A stretch of DNA of 64,000 bases, taken from an uncultured SAR86 cluster bacterium (GTDB lineage: Bacteria; Pseudomonadota; Gammaproteobacteria; Magnimaribacterales; AG-339-G14). The stretch covers positions 258,813 through 322,812 of the forward strand of contig CABZIF010000001.1 in the NCBI GenBank assembly GCA_902525735.1, in the 5' to 3' direction. Under the pieces are notes generated by a model. The model was not told the origin of the DNA and did no database searches. It saw nothing but the letters and a program-made list of their open reading frames with translations. The position numbers were made by a program, and so were the translations under genes. Shown piece after piece: positions 10,879 through 20,654 of this stretch. The stretch's first letter is position 1, and each line of letters begins with the position of its first letter.

Positions 10879-12640
10879 TTCAATAAGAATAGCAAATTGC
10901 AGTGGATTTTATGGAGATAAATTATCTGTTGCTAGAGATATGATTGAAGGGGGCCCTATTGATGTTTTAACTGGTGATTATTTAGCAGAACTAACGATGA
11001 CCATTCTATATAATCAAAGGCTTAAAAGGGGAGAACAACATGGCTATGTGGGGACTTTTTTAAAACAATTTAGAGATATAGCAAAATTAGCTCAAGAAAA
11101 AAATATAAAAATTGTCACAAATGCAGGGGGCCTAAACCCTTCATCTATGGCTGAATCGGTTAAAGAAATTATTGACGAATTGAGTTTAGATTTGAAAGTA
11201 GCTCACATTGAGGGCGATGATTTAATGCCAAGAATCGATGAACTATATCAAGGCGGCGAAAATTTAACGAACATTGATAAATCATTAGATTTACAAAAAT
11301 ATGAAAAAAAACCAATTACTGCCAATGCCTATCTAGGGGCATGGGGAATAAAAGAAGCTTTAGATAAAGGAGCAGATGTAGTTATCTGTCCAAGAGTTAC
11401 AGATGCTGCTGTCGTCATAGGTCCAGCAGCGTGGAAATATAATTGGTCACGTGATCAATATGATGAACTTGCTGGAGCTCTTGCTGCAGGGCATATAATT
11501 GAATGTGGAGCTCAAGCTACCGGAGGTAATTATTCTTTTTTTCAAGAGGTTCCTACCTTTGATAATATCGGATATCCAATTGCAGAGATATATGAAGATG
11601 GTAGTTTTGTAATCACAAAACATGAAAATACTGGCGGACTAGTTTCAGTAGGTACAGTTACAGCTCAGTTACTTTATGAGATAGGTTCACCGGCTTATTT
11701 AAATCCAGACGTGATTAGTCATTTTGACACTTTAGAAATTACTCAAGAATCAAAAGATAGAGTTTTAGTTACCAATAATAGAGGAAGTAGTCCTACCAAA
11801 ACTCATAAAGTTTGCATTAACTTAGTAGGAGGTTTTAGAAATGGGGTTGAATTGCTTCTTACAGGTTTAGACATCGAAGAGAAATCTAAATTAATAGTTG
11901 ACCAAATATTTAAATCTGTTGGTGGCCAAGATCAATTTGATAAAGTTGATATTCAATTACACAGAACTGATAAAGAAAATCCAATTTCAAATGAGGAAGC
12001 TCAAGCTTTTTTAAGAATAGATGTGATGTCTTCAAATCCAGATCTTGTTGGAAGGTTGTTTAATGCAAAAATTGTTGAATTAGCATTAGCAAATTTTCCT
12101 GGATGGACTGGAAGAAGTGGAGTCGTGCCTAACGGAGCTTATATTGAATATTGGCCTGCATTAGTAGACAGTAAATTCATAAAAGAGCACATACATGTTG
12201 ATGGAAAGATCATAGATGTTATTCCAACCAGTCAGTTAAATCTTGAAGAAAAATATTACCAAAAAATTCCATATGAAAATCCAAAAATTAGTATCGATAA
12301 TTTAAAGGAAGATTACTTTGGAAAGATTTTTGGAACAAGATCTGGCGATAAAGGGGGCTGCGCAAACTTAGGGGTATGGGCTAAATCGCAAGAGGCATAT
12401 TCTTTTTTATTTGATTTTTTAACTGTAAAAAAACTTAAAGAACTTTTACCAGATTTGGAGAGATTTGAGATAGATAGATTTGAATTACCTAATATTTATT
12501 CCTTAAATTTTTATGTTCACGACATTCTTCAAGATGGTGTATCTTCATCAACTAGAATGGATGGACAAGCAAAATCATTGGGAGAATACTTAAGAGCAAA
12601 AAAGATAAATTTCCCTGAACAATTATTAAAACAAATATGA
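10868..12640 (+). CDS. AtuA-like (DUF1446, acyclic terpene utilisation family) protein
   Basis: 590 aa. The N-terminus 'IRIANCSGFYGDKLSVARDMIEGGPIDVLTGDYLAELTM' matches the remembered AtuA/DUF1446 signature. The length also fits. Confidence 0.72.
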   Translation: MKSDSIRIANCSGFYGDKLSVARDMIEGGPIDVLTGDYLAELTMTILYNQRLKRGEQHGYVGTFLKQFRDIAKLAQEKNIKIVTNAGGLNPSSMAESVKEIIDELSLDLKVAHIEGDDLMPRIDELYQGGENLTNIDKSLDLQKYEKKPITANAYLGAWGIKEALDKGADVVICPRVTDAAVVIGPAAWKYNWSRDQYDELAGALAAGHIIECGAQATGGNYSFFQEVPTFDNIGYPIAEIYEDGSFVITKHENTGGLVSVGTVTAQLLYEIGSPAYLNPDVISHFDTLEITQESKDRVLVTNNRGSSPTKTHKVCINLVGGFRNGVELLLTGLDIEEKSKLIVDQIFKSVGGQDQFDKVDIQLHRTDKENPISNEEAQAFLRIDVMSSNPDLVGRLFNAKIVELALANFPGWTGRSGVVPNGAYIEYWPALVDSKFIKEHIHVDGKIIDVIPTSQLNLEEKYYQKIPYENPKISIDNLKEDYFGKIFGTRSGDKGGCANLGVWAKSQEAYSFLFDFLTVKKLKELLPDLERFEIDRFELPNIYSLNFYVHDILQDGVSSSTRMDGQAKSLGEYLRAKKINFPEQLLKQI

Positions 12641-13428
12641 GTCAAGAAAAGCTATCTCTGAAGGGTTTGAATTTTCAAGCAACTAAAATTGAAGAGAATA
12701 AAAATATATTAACAATTACCTTGAACCGTCCTGAGAAGAAAAATGCTCTGAACAATGTCATGGTAAATGAAATTTGTTTTGCATTGGCATATGCAAAACA
12801 AGAAAGATCAGTCAGAGTAATAATTATTGCAGCAGAGGGAGATATTTTTTGTGCAGGTGCGGACCTAAGAAGAGAGGAATCTGAATCAAACGTCCCTAAA
12901 ATAGAAGGAGCTGACGATATAAGTTTAATGTTAAGACATTTATACAAGCCTGTAATTTGTAAAATTCAGGGCTCTGTCCTAGCAGGAGCGTTATTGATGG
13001 TAACCAATTCAACTCATGCTATTGCAATCAAAGAAGCAAAGTTTTCAGCACCAGAGATTCTAAGAGGACTTTGGCCTCACATGGTGATGGCTGGATTGTT
13101 TAGAGTAATGCCTAAGAGAGCTGGCTTGGATTTTATAATGAGAGGTCAGCCAATCGATGCATCTAAAGCCAAAGAGTGGGGCTTGATAAATGATTTTGTT
13201 GAAAAAGAACAATTAGATGAGCATGTAAAAAATCTATCGGAAGAATTATCTAATCTAGCCCCCGGTACAATGCAATTTGGTTTAGAAGCATATGAAAAAC
13301 AAGATGCAATGGCTTTTGATGAAGCATTACCATTTTTGCAAAAACAGATAGCTAAAACTTTTGAAGGGCCAGATGCCAAAGAAGGAATAGCTGCATTTTT
13401 AGAAAAAAGAAAACCAAATTGGGATTAA
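12637..13428 (+). CDS. Enoyl-CoA hydratase/isomerase family protein
   Basis: 263 aa. Crotonase motifs 'LNRPEKKNALN' and 'FCAGADL'. Its start overlaps the stop of the AtuA-like gene. Confidence 0.85.
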   Translation: MSQEKLSLKGLNFQATKIEENKNILTITLNRPEKKNALNNVMVNEICFALAYAKQERSVRVIIIAAEGDIFCAGADLRREESESNVPKIEGADDISLMLRHLYKPVICKIQGSVLAGALLMVTNSTHAIAIKEAKFSAPEILRGLWPHMVMAGLFRVMPKRAGLDFIMRGQPIDASKAKEWGLINDFVEKEQLDEHVKNLSEELSNLAPGTMQFGLEAYEKQDAMAFDEALPFLQKQIAKTFEGPDAKEGIAAFLEKRKPNWD

Positions 13429-13432
13429 TTCA

Positions 13433-14449
13433 ATGTCATATACAAAACCAAATTTAAAAACCAAACATTATGAAAATTTGTTCAATTCTTTACCTTCATT
13501 AGAGGGAAAAACCATCGCGATTACAGGCACTACTTCTGGAACCGGATATGTTGCTGCGAATGCATGTGGAAAACTTGGTGCAAAGGTTTTACTTCTAAAT
13601 AGACAATCTGAAAGATCTGTAAAATCGTATGAAAGTCTTAAGGCGAATACCCCAAATGGAGATTTTATAAGGATAGAATGTGATCTACAAAATTTTAATT
13701 CAGTTAAAGAATCTACTAAAAATATTGAAGAATCTGCAATAGATGGATTAGATGTTCTTTGTAATAATGCTGGAGTAATGGCACTAGAAGATATTGCAAC
13801 CATAGATGGATATGATGTACAAATGCAAACCAATCACCTTTCTCATTTTTTATTAGTAAAACTTTTATTTCCTTTATTAAAAAAAGCAGAATCTTTGAGA
13901 GGGGAAGCAAGAATAATTAACCATTCAAGTATTGCGAGAAAACAACCATCAAAGATTTTAAAATCTGAATATTTACAAAAAAATGGTGGGAATTTAGGTG
14001 GTAATGGCACAAGCATATTGGGAGGAGCTAGGTGGTTAAGATATAACCAAACCAAGCTCGCAAATGCTGCTTTTACAGCTGCTTTGCATCATAAATTAAG
14101 TGCTACAAATCTTAATATAAAGGCAATTGTTGCTCATCCAGGATTAGCTGAAACTGATCTTCAAACTACAACAGTTAAAGATGGTGGCATGGGAAAATGG
14201 ATCACTCGACAAATGATGAAGTTAGGACAATCAAGAGAAGACGGAGCTCTTGGAATTCTTAAATCTATTGCCGATTCATCTATCAATTCTGGAGACTTTG
14301 TTGGCCCTGGTATGGGCGGAATGTTTTCGGCCATAAAAGGAGAGGCAAAAGCTTATCCTCTTGAAAGTTTTTATGACAATGAAGAAGTAAGAAATCTTTT
14401 ATGGTCTAAAAGTTGCCAAGCTATTGGTCAAGAATTTTCTATTAAATAA
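13433..14449 (+). CDS. Short-chain dehydrogenase/reductase (SDR)
   Basis: 338 aa. Motifs 'ITGTTSGTGY', 'NNAGV' and 'YNQTKLAN' (YxxxK). Confidence 0.8.
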   Translation: MSYTKPNLKTKHYENLFNSLPSLEGKTIAITGTTSGTGYVAANACGKLGAKVLLLNRQSERSVKSYESLKANTPNGDFIRIECDLQNFNSVKESTKNIEESAIDGLDVLCNNAGVMALEDIATIDGYDVQMQTNHLSHFLLVKLLFPLLKKAESLRGEARIINHSSIARKQPSKILKSEYLQKNGGNLGGNGTSILGGARWLRYNQTKLANAAFTAALHHKLSATNLNIKAIVAHPGLAETDLQTTTVKDGGMGKWITRQMMKLGQSREDGALGILKSIADSSINSGDFVGPGMGGMFSAIKGEAKAYPLESFYDNEEVRNLLWSKSCQAIGQEFSIK

Positions 14450-15594
14450 TGAAAGTATTAGCTTTAGGTGGAAGCGGAGGAATGGGTAGATTTTCTTCCT
14501 TTGCCATTTCTAATTATCCTAATATTTCAAAAGTGACTATTGCTGATTTAAATGAGGCCAATGCAAAAGAATTTTCGAATCATTTTGATGATAGGTTCGC
14601 TGGAATTGGACTAGATGTAACTGATAAAGAACACCTTGAGAAAGTAATGTCGGACCATGATATTGTTTTGAATACAACCGGGCCATTTTTTAAATTTGGC
14701 TTACCTATTCTAAAGTCAGCAATAAAATGTAAATGTCATTATTTTGATATTTGTGATGATTGGGAACCAACAGAGGAGATGCTTAAATTAAACGATGAAG
14801 CTTTAAAAAATGATATTACTGCTATTGTCGGCTTAGGCGCTAGTCCGGGAATTAGCAATTTGCTGGGTCTAAAAGCTATGAATGAGCTTGATGAAGCTGA
14901 ATCGATAATAACTGGTTGGGACGTGAGTAGTGCAAAACCTGAAGATGAGTCTTCTCAAAAGGGAATCAACGCAGCAATGGAACATGGTTTACAACAAATA
15001 TCTGGTGAAATTAAAGTTTACAAAGATAAAAAATATAAACTAACCAAGCCACTGGAGAAAATTAAAATTCATTACCCTGGTCGCGGTAATTATGATGCTT
15101 TTACTTTTGGTCATCCAGAGGCAATTACTTTTCCTCATCATTTTAATGATTTAAAAGAATCGGTTAATGCTTGTCATGGGAGTAAACAGAGTAATATTTA
15201 TATTATTAAAATCTTAAGATGGCTTCTCGATAAAAAATTAATTAGTTTTAAACAAGGAGCTTCTTTGTTGGAATGGTTGGAAAGAAAAATTGGTACTCCA
15301 AGTATTGAAAAGCAGATTGAGGGATTACCGTCAATTTATGGTTTAGCTAGAGGACTTAAAGACAATAAAAATGCATCAGTTGCTGTTACCTTGTCAGAAG
15401 AAGAGCTTTCAAACTCATGGGGGATGGGAGCAATTACCGGATTTCCTCTCGCTTTTGGATTAAAACTTTTATTGGAAAACAAGATTAACAAAAAAGGGGT
15501 ATTTGCGCCGGAAGGTGGAGCTATAAATCCCGATGATTTTTTTTCTTTGCTAACAGATCATCCACTTTCTGTATCTAGATCTTGGGAGACTTAA
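14449..15594 (+). CDS. Saccharopine-dehydrogenase-like NAD(P)-binding protein
   Basis: 381 aa. N-terminal Rossmann motif 'KVLALGGSGGMGRF'. The overall pattern resembles the Sacchrp_dh family. Confidence 0.65.
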   Translation: MKVLALGGSGGMGRFSSFAISNYPNISKVTIADLNEANAKEFSNHFDDRFAGIGLDVTDKEHLEKVMSDHDIVLNTTGPFFKFGLPILKSAIKCKCHYFDICDDWEPTEEMLKLNDEALKNDITAIVGLGASPGISNLLGLKAMNELDEAESIITGWDVSSAKPEDESSQKGINAAMEHGLQQISGEIKVYKDKKYKLTKPLEKIKIHYPGRGNYDAFTFGHPEAITFPHHFNDLKESVNACHGSKQSNIYIIKILRWLLDKKLISFKQGASLLEWLERKIGTPSIEKQIEGLPSIYGLARGLKDNKNASVAVTLSEEELSNSWGMGAITGFPLAFGLKLLLENKINKKGVFAPEGGAINPDDFFSLLTDHPLSVSRSWET

Positions 15595-17510
15595 TCAAGG
15601 ACAACTAAAGTCTGTCCATTTTCAACTTGATCATTTTCTTTAATCAATACTTCTTTAATCTTTCCATTATCAGGCGCCAAAACCTTATGTTCCATTTTCA
15701 TTGCTTCTAGTATTACTAAAGTATCGCCTTTTTTTATATTTGATCCTTTCTTAATCTTTATTTCTACAACCTTTCCCGGCATGGGCGCAGTAAGCCCACC
15801 TTTTATTGCTTCTTCCTGAGTAATATTGAATTTCGGCAAAATTTTAAATAACAAATTTCCTTTATGTGTTTGAATGAGAAGCAAATCATCGTCCGTGGTA
15901 ATTTTAGATCGATATCTAACATTAGATATTTCCACATCAATAAAATCTTCATACCAATCAAACACTCTAATAATTTCGTTTTCTGCGCTAACAAAATTTC
16001 CATTTTTTAATGACTTATATTTCACCCTGTACTCTTGATCTTCAAGCGATAATTTGACTTCTTGGTAGGGGAGTCTTGCATTATTCCAACCAGATTGAAT
16101 ATTCTGTAAAACCATCGCTTCACTTCTGTTTTTGCCTTGCATCCACATAGCACCAACTTTTGCGAAATTAAAAATTTCTTCTTCTGTTAAATCAACTTCA
16201 AAATTTAAATTAACTCTCTCAACAAAATCAGTAGTTGTATCTCCCTCTAAATATTCTTTAGATCTTAAAATTGAGATTAAATAATCTCTATTTGTTTTCA
16301 TTCCACCAAAGTGACTATTTTCCAGTGCAAGAGCTAGTTTGTTGGCTGCTTCCAACCTAGTTTCTCCAAAAGAAATTACTTTTGCTAACATAGGATCAAA
16401 ATTAGCAGTTATATTTGAACCGCCTTCAATTCCGACATCCCAACGAACTAATGGATCATCACTTGGCTCAAAGGCTATCATTTTACCTGTCACTGGAAGG
16501 AAATCATTTCCAGGATCCTCAGCATAAAGTCTTACTTCTATTGACGAGCCATAAAAATCTATGTCTGCTTGTTCGTAACCTAATTCTTCTCCAGATGCTA
16601 TTCTTAATTGTTCTTTCACCAAATCTATTCCGGTGACTTCTTCAGTAACAGGGTGTTCAACTTGTAGTCTTGTATTTACTTCTAAAAACCAAAATTCTTT
16701 TGTTTTTTCATCAACCAAAAACTCTACCGTTCCGGCTGATTCGTATTTGAGTTTCGAAGCTAGCTTTATTGCTGCTTCTCCCATCTTTTCACGCATTTCT
16801 TCATCAACCATTGGAGAGGGAGATTCTTCTACAATTTTTTGATGACGTCTTTGAATGGAACATTCTCTTTCACCAAGGTGGACAATATTTCCAAATGCAT
16901 CTCCTAATACTTGTATTTCTATATGTCTCGATCTTTTAATGTATCTTTCTAGAAATACTCTTTTATCACCAAAACCACCCTCAGCTTCTCTTTCTGCAGC
17001 TTTGATAGACTCTTTTAAGTCCTTGGCTTTTTCGACGATACGCATTCCTTTCCCGCCACCTCCGGCAGCAGCTTTCACAAGTATTGGATAGCCAATGGAA
17101 TTAGCTTTTTTTGGATCTGAAGTCATTGGTAAAGTAGGGACGTTAGCTTTTATTGCAATTTCTTTTGCAGTTAATTTATCTCCCATTTTTTTTATGGCAT
17201 TTGAAGAAGGACCAACCCATTTAATATTTAATTTTTTAACTTGATTAGCAAAAGCTGCATTTTCAGATAAAAAACCATAGCCAGGGTGAATTGCGTCTGA
17301 ATTTGATTTAAGAGCTATATCTAAAATTTCTTTTGAATTCAAATAAGAATCAGAAAGTTTAAAGGCTTGATCAGCTTCTCTAACATATGGTGTGTCTTTA
17401 TCAGCCTCTGTATAGATTGCAACACAACTTATGCCCATATCATGTGCACTTGAAATAATCCTACTAGCGATTTCTCCTCTGTTGGCAATAAGGAGTTTTT
17501 TGATTGTCAT
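15591..17510 (-). CDS. Biotin-dependent acyl-CoA carboxylase alpha subunit (biotin carboxylase + BCCP; methylcrotonyl-/geranyl-CoA carboxylase type)
   Basis: 639 aa. Motifs 'KLLIANRGEIA' and 'AAAGGGGKGMR', plus the C-terminal biotinyl site 'LEAMKMEHKV'. Confidence 0.9.
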   Translation of the reverse strand: MTIKKLLIANRGEIASRIISSAHDMGISCVAIYTEADKDTPYVREADQAFKLSDSYLNSKEILDIALKSNSDAIHPGYGFLSENAAFANQVKKLNIKWVGPSSNAIKKMGDKLTAKEIAIKANVPTLPMTSDPKKANSIGYPILVKAAAGGGGKGMRIVEKAKDLKESIKAAEREAEGGFGDKRVFLERYIKRSRHIEIQVLGDAFGNIVHLGERECSIQRRHQKIVEESPSPMVDEEMREKMGEAAIKLASKLKYESAGTVEFLVDEKTKEFWFLEVNTRLQVEHPVTEEVTGIDLVKEQLRIASGEELGYEQADIDFYGSSIEVRLYAEDPGNDFLPVTGKMIAFEPSDDPLVRWDVGIEGGSNITANFDPMLAKVISFGETRLEAANKLALALENSHFGGMKTNRDYLISILRSKEYLEGDTTTDFVERVNLNFEVDLTEEEIFNFAKVGAMWMQGKNRSEAMVLQNIQSGWNNARLPYQEVKLSLEDQEYRVKYKSLKNGNFVSAENEIIRVFDWYEDFIDVEISNVRYRSKITTDDDLLLIQTHKGNLLFKILPKFNITQEEAIKGGLTAPMPGKVVEIKIKKGSNIKKGDTLVILEAMKMEHKVLAPDNGKIKEVLIKENDQVENGQTLVVLD

Positions 17511-19138
17511 AATCTAAATACTCCAAAACCCTCTGAGCCTTTTACTTCATTATTATTAACTATCGAAAGACACATCCCTAAAATATTTCTGGTGTCTCTA
17601 GGATCTATTATCCCATCGTCACTCAAAACACTTGTTGCTTTCAGGGCAACCGATGCTTTGTCATGACCAATCTGCTGATTTTTTACAATCTCAGCATCAG
17701 CTTTTTCATCAAATTTAATTCCTTTTCTCGCTGCTTGTCCTCTTCTAACTATAGACATTACTCCTGCAATTACTTCTCCGCCCATGACAGCAATTTTTGC
17801 AGTGGGCCATAAAAATGTAAAAGAATTGCCAAACTCTCTTCCTGACATAGCATAGGTGCCAGCTCCGTAAGAATTTCCAATAATGACAGTTAAATGCGGT
17901 ACATTTGAATTTGAAACAGCATTAAGCATTTGGGCTCCTTTTTTAATGGATCCATCTTGCTCATAGTCTTTTCCAACCATGAATCCTGTTATGTTTTGCA
18001 AAAATACAAGTGGTATATTTCTTTTATTACACAACTGAATAAAGTGTGCTGCTTTTTGAGAAGCATCTGGAAATAACATTCCATTATTTCCTAAAATTCC
18101 AACTGGATAACCATGAATTGAAATGAACCCGCAAATTAATGTTGGGCCAAAAAGGGGTTTAAATTCTTCAAATTGTGATCCGTCAGCTATTCGACCTATT
18201 ATTTCTCTTATATCAAATGGAGTTTTTAAATTAGGCTCAACTATACCAAGTAAATCTTCTTGGTCATAAAGCGGTGGTTTTATAGAAAATCTCGGCTCAT
18301 TACCTTCTTTAACCCAATTTAAATGAGACATTACTTCTCTTGCAATTCGAATCCCATCCAAATCATCATCAGCCAGATATTCAGCTAGTCCAGATTTTTC
18401 GGCATGCATTTTTGCTCCACCTATATCTTCTCTGCTTGATATTTCACCGGTGGCCATTTGGACTAAAGGTGGTCCAGCTAAAGCAACATCTGCTTGATCC
18501 TTTACAAAAATATTATAGTCTGACATACCTGGTTGATAGGCACCTCCAGCTGTAGCAGTTCCAAACGTTACCGTTACAGTAGGTATATTTAATTTTGAAA
18601 GTTCAGTTATTTCATAAAATTGTCTTCCAGATTCAGCAAAGTGCCCCATTGCTCCTGCTGACATTGCTCCTCTTGGTCTTAAATCTCCCCCAGCGGATTC
18701 AACAAATTGGATAAATGGAATTCTGCAGTCTCTGGCAATGGCCATAGACCTCATCCATTTCTTTACAGAGTAATAATGCATTGCTCCAGCTAATACAGTT
18801 GGATCGTTTGCAAAAATAATACATTCAATTCCAGAACAAACACCGATGCCAGCTACTGCTCCACCGCCAACTGGATAATCAGATTTGTATCCTGCAAGAC
18901 CACTTATTTCTAAAAAGGGACTATCAGGATCTAAAAAATTAAAGATTCTTTCTCTGACTGGAAGTTTGCCCCTAGCAGCCAATCTTTTTTGGTGATCTGG
19001 TCCTCCTCCAGCTTCAGCTTCATCTAAAAGAGTATCAATTTCTTCCAACATTCCGAGCATTGACTCTTTATTTTTTTTGAACTCTTCGGATGTAGTTTGT
19101 AATTTAGATTTATATATCTGAGATTCTAATTTATGCAT
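17507..19138 (-). CDS. Acyl-CoA carboxylase carboxyltransferase (beta) subunit
   Basis: 543 aa. Carboxyl-transferase domain with 'GKLPVRERIFNFLDPDSPFLEIS' and 'GGAYQPGMSD'. Its stop overlaps the start of the alpha subunit gene. Confidence 0.9.
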   Translation of the reverse strand: MHKLESQIYKSKLQTTSEEFKKNKESMLGMLEEIDTLLDEAEAGGGPDHQKRLAARGKLPVRERIFNFLDPDSPFLEISGLAGYKSDYPVGGGAVAGIGVCSGIECIIFANDPTVLAGAMHYYSVKKWMRSMAIARDCRIPFIQFVESAGGDLRPRGAMSAGAMGHFAESGRQFYEITELSKLNIPTVTVTFGTATAGGAYQPGMSDYNIFVKDQADVALAGPPLVQMATGEISSREDIGGAKMHAEKSGLAEYLADDDLDGIRIAREVMSHLNWVKEGNEPRFSIKPPLYDQEDLLGIVEPNLKTPFDIREIIGRIADGSQFEEFKPLFGPTLICGFISIHGYPVGILGNNGMLFPDASQKAAHFIQLCNKRNIPLVFLQNITGFMVGKDYEQDGSIKKGAQMLNAVSNSNVPHLTVIIGNSYGAGTYAMSGREFGNSFTFLWPTAKIAVMGGEVIAGVMSIVRRGQAARKGIKFDEKADAEIVKNQQIGHDKASVALKATSVLSDDGIIDPRDTRNILGMCLSIVNNNEVKGSEGFGVFRL

Positions 19139-19231
19139 TCTTCTCCTAAAACGGATAAAAAATATGCCTGATTTTTATAGATATGTCCATTTTGATTTTG
19201 TCTTGTGTATGTATAATGTTTTCAATATTTT

Positions 19232-19307
19232 GGGCGATTAACTCAATTGGTAGAGTGCCACCTTTACACGGTGGAAGTTACAGGTTCAAGTCCTGTATCG
19301 CCCACCA
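19232..19307 (+). tRNA. tRNA-Val (anticodon TAC)
   Basis: Hand-folded cloverleaf. Acceptor GGGCGAT/ATCGCCC, anticodon arm CCACC-TTTACAC-GGTGG, T-loop GGTTCAAGTCC, encoded CCA. Confidence 0.9.
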
Positions 19308-19394
19308 TAATTCCTCAAAAGCTTTCCTGGAAGTCATTAAATAAAGAAATAATTTAAATTTTCTTCTTTCACCTATGTATAATCTCAATTTTTG

Positions 19395-19473
19395 CGGACC
19401 GGTAGTTCAGTTCTGGTTAGAACGCCGCCCTGTCACGGCGGAGGTCGCGGGTTCGAGCCCCGTCCGGTCCGCC
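19395..19473 (+). tRNA. tRNA-Asp (anticodon GTC)
   Basis: Acceptor GGACCGG/CCGGTCC, anticodon arm CCGCC-CTGTCAC-GGCGG, T arm GCGGG-TTCGAGC-CCCGT, CCA encoded. It is closely similar to E. coli tRNA-Asp. Confidence 0.9.
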
Positions 19474-19486
19474 ACTTTTATTAAAA

Positions 19487-19813
19487 ATGTTAATTACAGT
19501 TTTAAAAGCAAAGATTCACCGAGTACCTGTAACCCATACAGAAATAGACTATGAAGGATCCTGTGCAATTGATCTTGATTATCTAGAACAAACTGGAATA
19601 AAGCCAAACGAACAAATACACATTTACAATTTAAATAATGGGGAAAGATTGATTACTTACGCATTCGAAGCTAAGAGAGGCTCTAAAACAATCTCTATGA
19701 ACGGAGCAGCGGCTTTAAAGGCCTCAGTTGGCGATCTTGTAATTATTGCAGCATATGGTCAAATTGATGAAAATGAAAAATACAAACCAAAAATATTAAA
19801 AATAAATTCTTAG
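19487..19813 (+). CDS. panD: Aspartate 1-decarboxylase
   Basis: 108 aa. '[25 protein letters not shown]' contains the Gly-Ser self-processing site. 'ISMNGAAA' is also present. Confidence 0.93.
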   Translation: MLITVLKAKIHRVPVTHTEIDYEGSCAIDLDYLEQTGIKPNEQIHIYNLNNGERLITYAFEAKRGSKTISMNGAAALKASVGDLVIIAAYGQIDENEKYKPKILKINS

Positions 19814-19824
19814 GGAGAGTAGCA

Positions 19825-20628
19825 ATGAAATTAGATGAAATTTTTTCAGTAAAAGGCAAAGTAGCATTTGTAACAGGCGGATCAAGAGGTATTGGGGAGA
19901 TGATAGCTTCAGCTTATTTAGCCAATGGTGCAAAAGTATATATTTCCGCACGAAAAGCAGATGCGTGTGATGCAAAAGCAATAGAACTTTCAAAAAAGTA
20001 TTCAGCAGAATGCATTTCTATTCCCGGCGACGGTTCAACAATGGAAGGAATAGAGAAGCTAGTTGAGGAGCTTACAGCTTATGAATCAAAACTTGATATT
20101 TTGGTAAATAATGCCGGAGCCTCATGGGGTGAACCCATCGATGAGTTTGCTGAAAAAGGCTGGGACAAAGTAATGAATATCAATGTGAAAGGTCTTTTTT
20201 ATATGACACAAAAGTGTTTACCTTTATTAAGGCCTGCAGGAACTAGAGAAAATCCAGCTAGAGTTATTAACATTGGTTCCATTGATGGAATTGGCACTCC
20301 GGTATACGAAAGTTACGTCTATAGTTCTTCAAAAGCTGCCGTGCATCACTTAACAAGAGTTTTGGGAGCTAGACTAGTTAAAGAAAATATACTTGTAAAT
20401 GCAATTGCTCCTGGAGCGTTTCCAAGCAACATGCTTGGTTCGGCAGTTGGGCATGATTACAGTTATATTGAAAAAACTAATCCCGTAAAAAGAATTGGAA
20501 CTGCTGAAGATATAGGCGGGTTAGCGCTTTATCTTTCATCTAGAGCAGGCTGTTATACAGTAGGGGAAACCATAACTTGTGATGGCGGGGCCGTTTGTGC
20601 ATCAGGTCACGCATTAATAACCGAATAA
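19825..20628 (+). CDS. Short-chain dehydrogenase/reductase (SDR)
   Basis: 267 aa. Motifs 'FVTGGSRGIG', 'NNAG' and 'YSSSKAA'. Confidence 0.85.
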   Translation: MKLDEIFSVKGKVAFVTGGSRGIGEMIASAYLANGAKVYISARKADACDAKAIELSKKYSAECISIPGDGSTMEGIEKLVEELTAYESKLDILVNNAGASWGEPIDEFAEKGWDKVMNINVKGLFYMTQKCLPLLRPAGTRENPARVINIGSIDGIGTPVYESYVYSSSKAAVHHLTRVLGARLVKENILVNAIAPGAFPSNMLGSAVGHDYSYIEKTNPVKRIGTAEDIGGLALYLSSRAGCYTVGETITCDGGAVCASGHALITE

Positions 20629-20634
20629 AAAAAA

Positions 20635-20654
20635 CCCCGCCTAAGCGGGGTTTT
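20635..20654. terminator. Bidirectional Rho-independent terminator
   Basis: CCCCGC-CTAA-GCGGGG hairpin, preceded by an A-run and followed by TTTT. It sits between convergent genes. Confidence 0.8.

Noticed and set aside
19481-19505. Apparent 1-nt register problem at the panD start when I counted the A/T homopolymers by hand. It would imply a frameshift.
   Set aside because: The supplied ORF track gives an intact 108-aa PanD from 19487, and downstream coordinates reconcile perfectly. I attribute the discrepancy to my own miscount of a homopolymer. It shows that hand-derived coordinates can be off by 1-2 nt.
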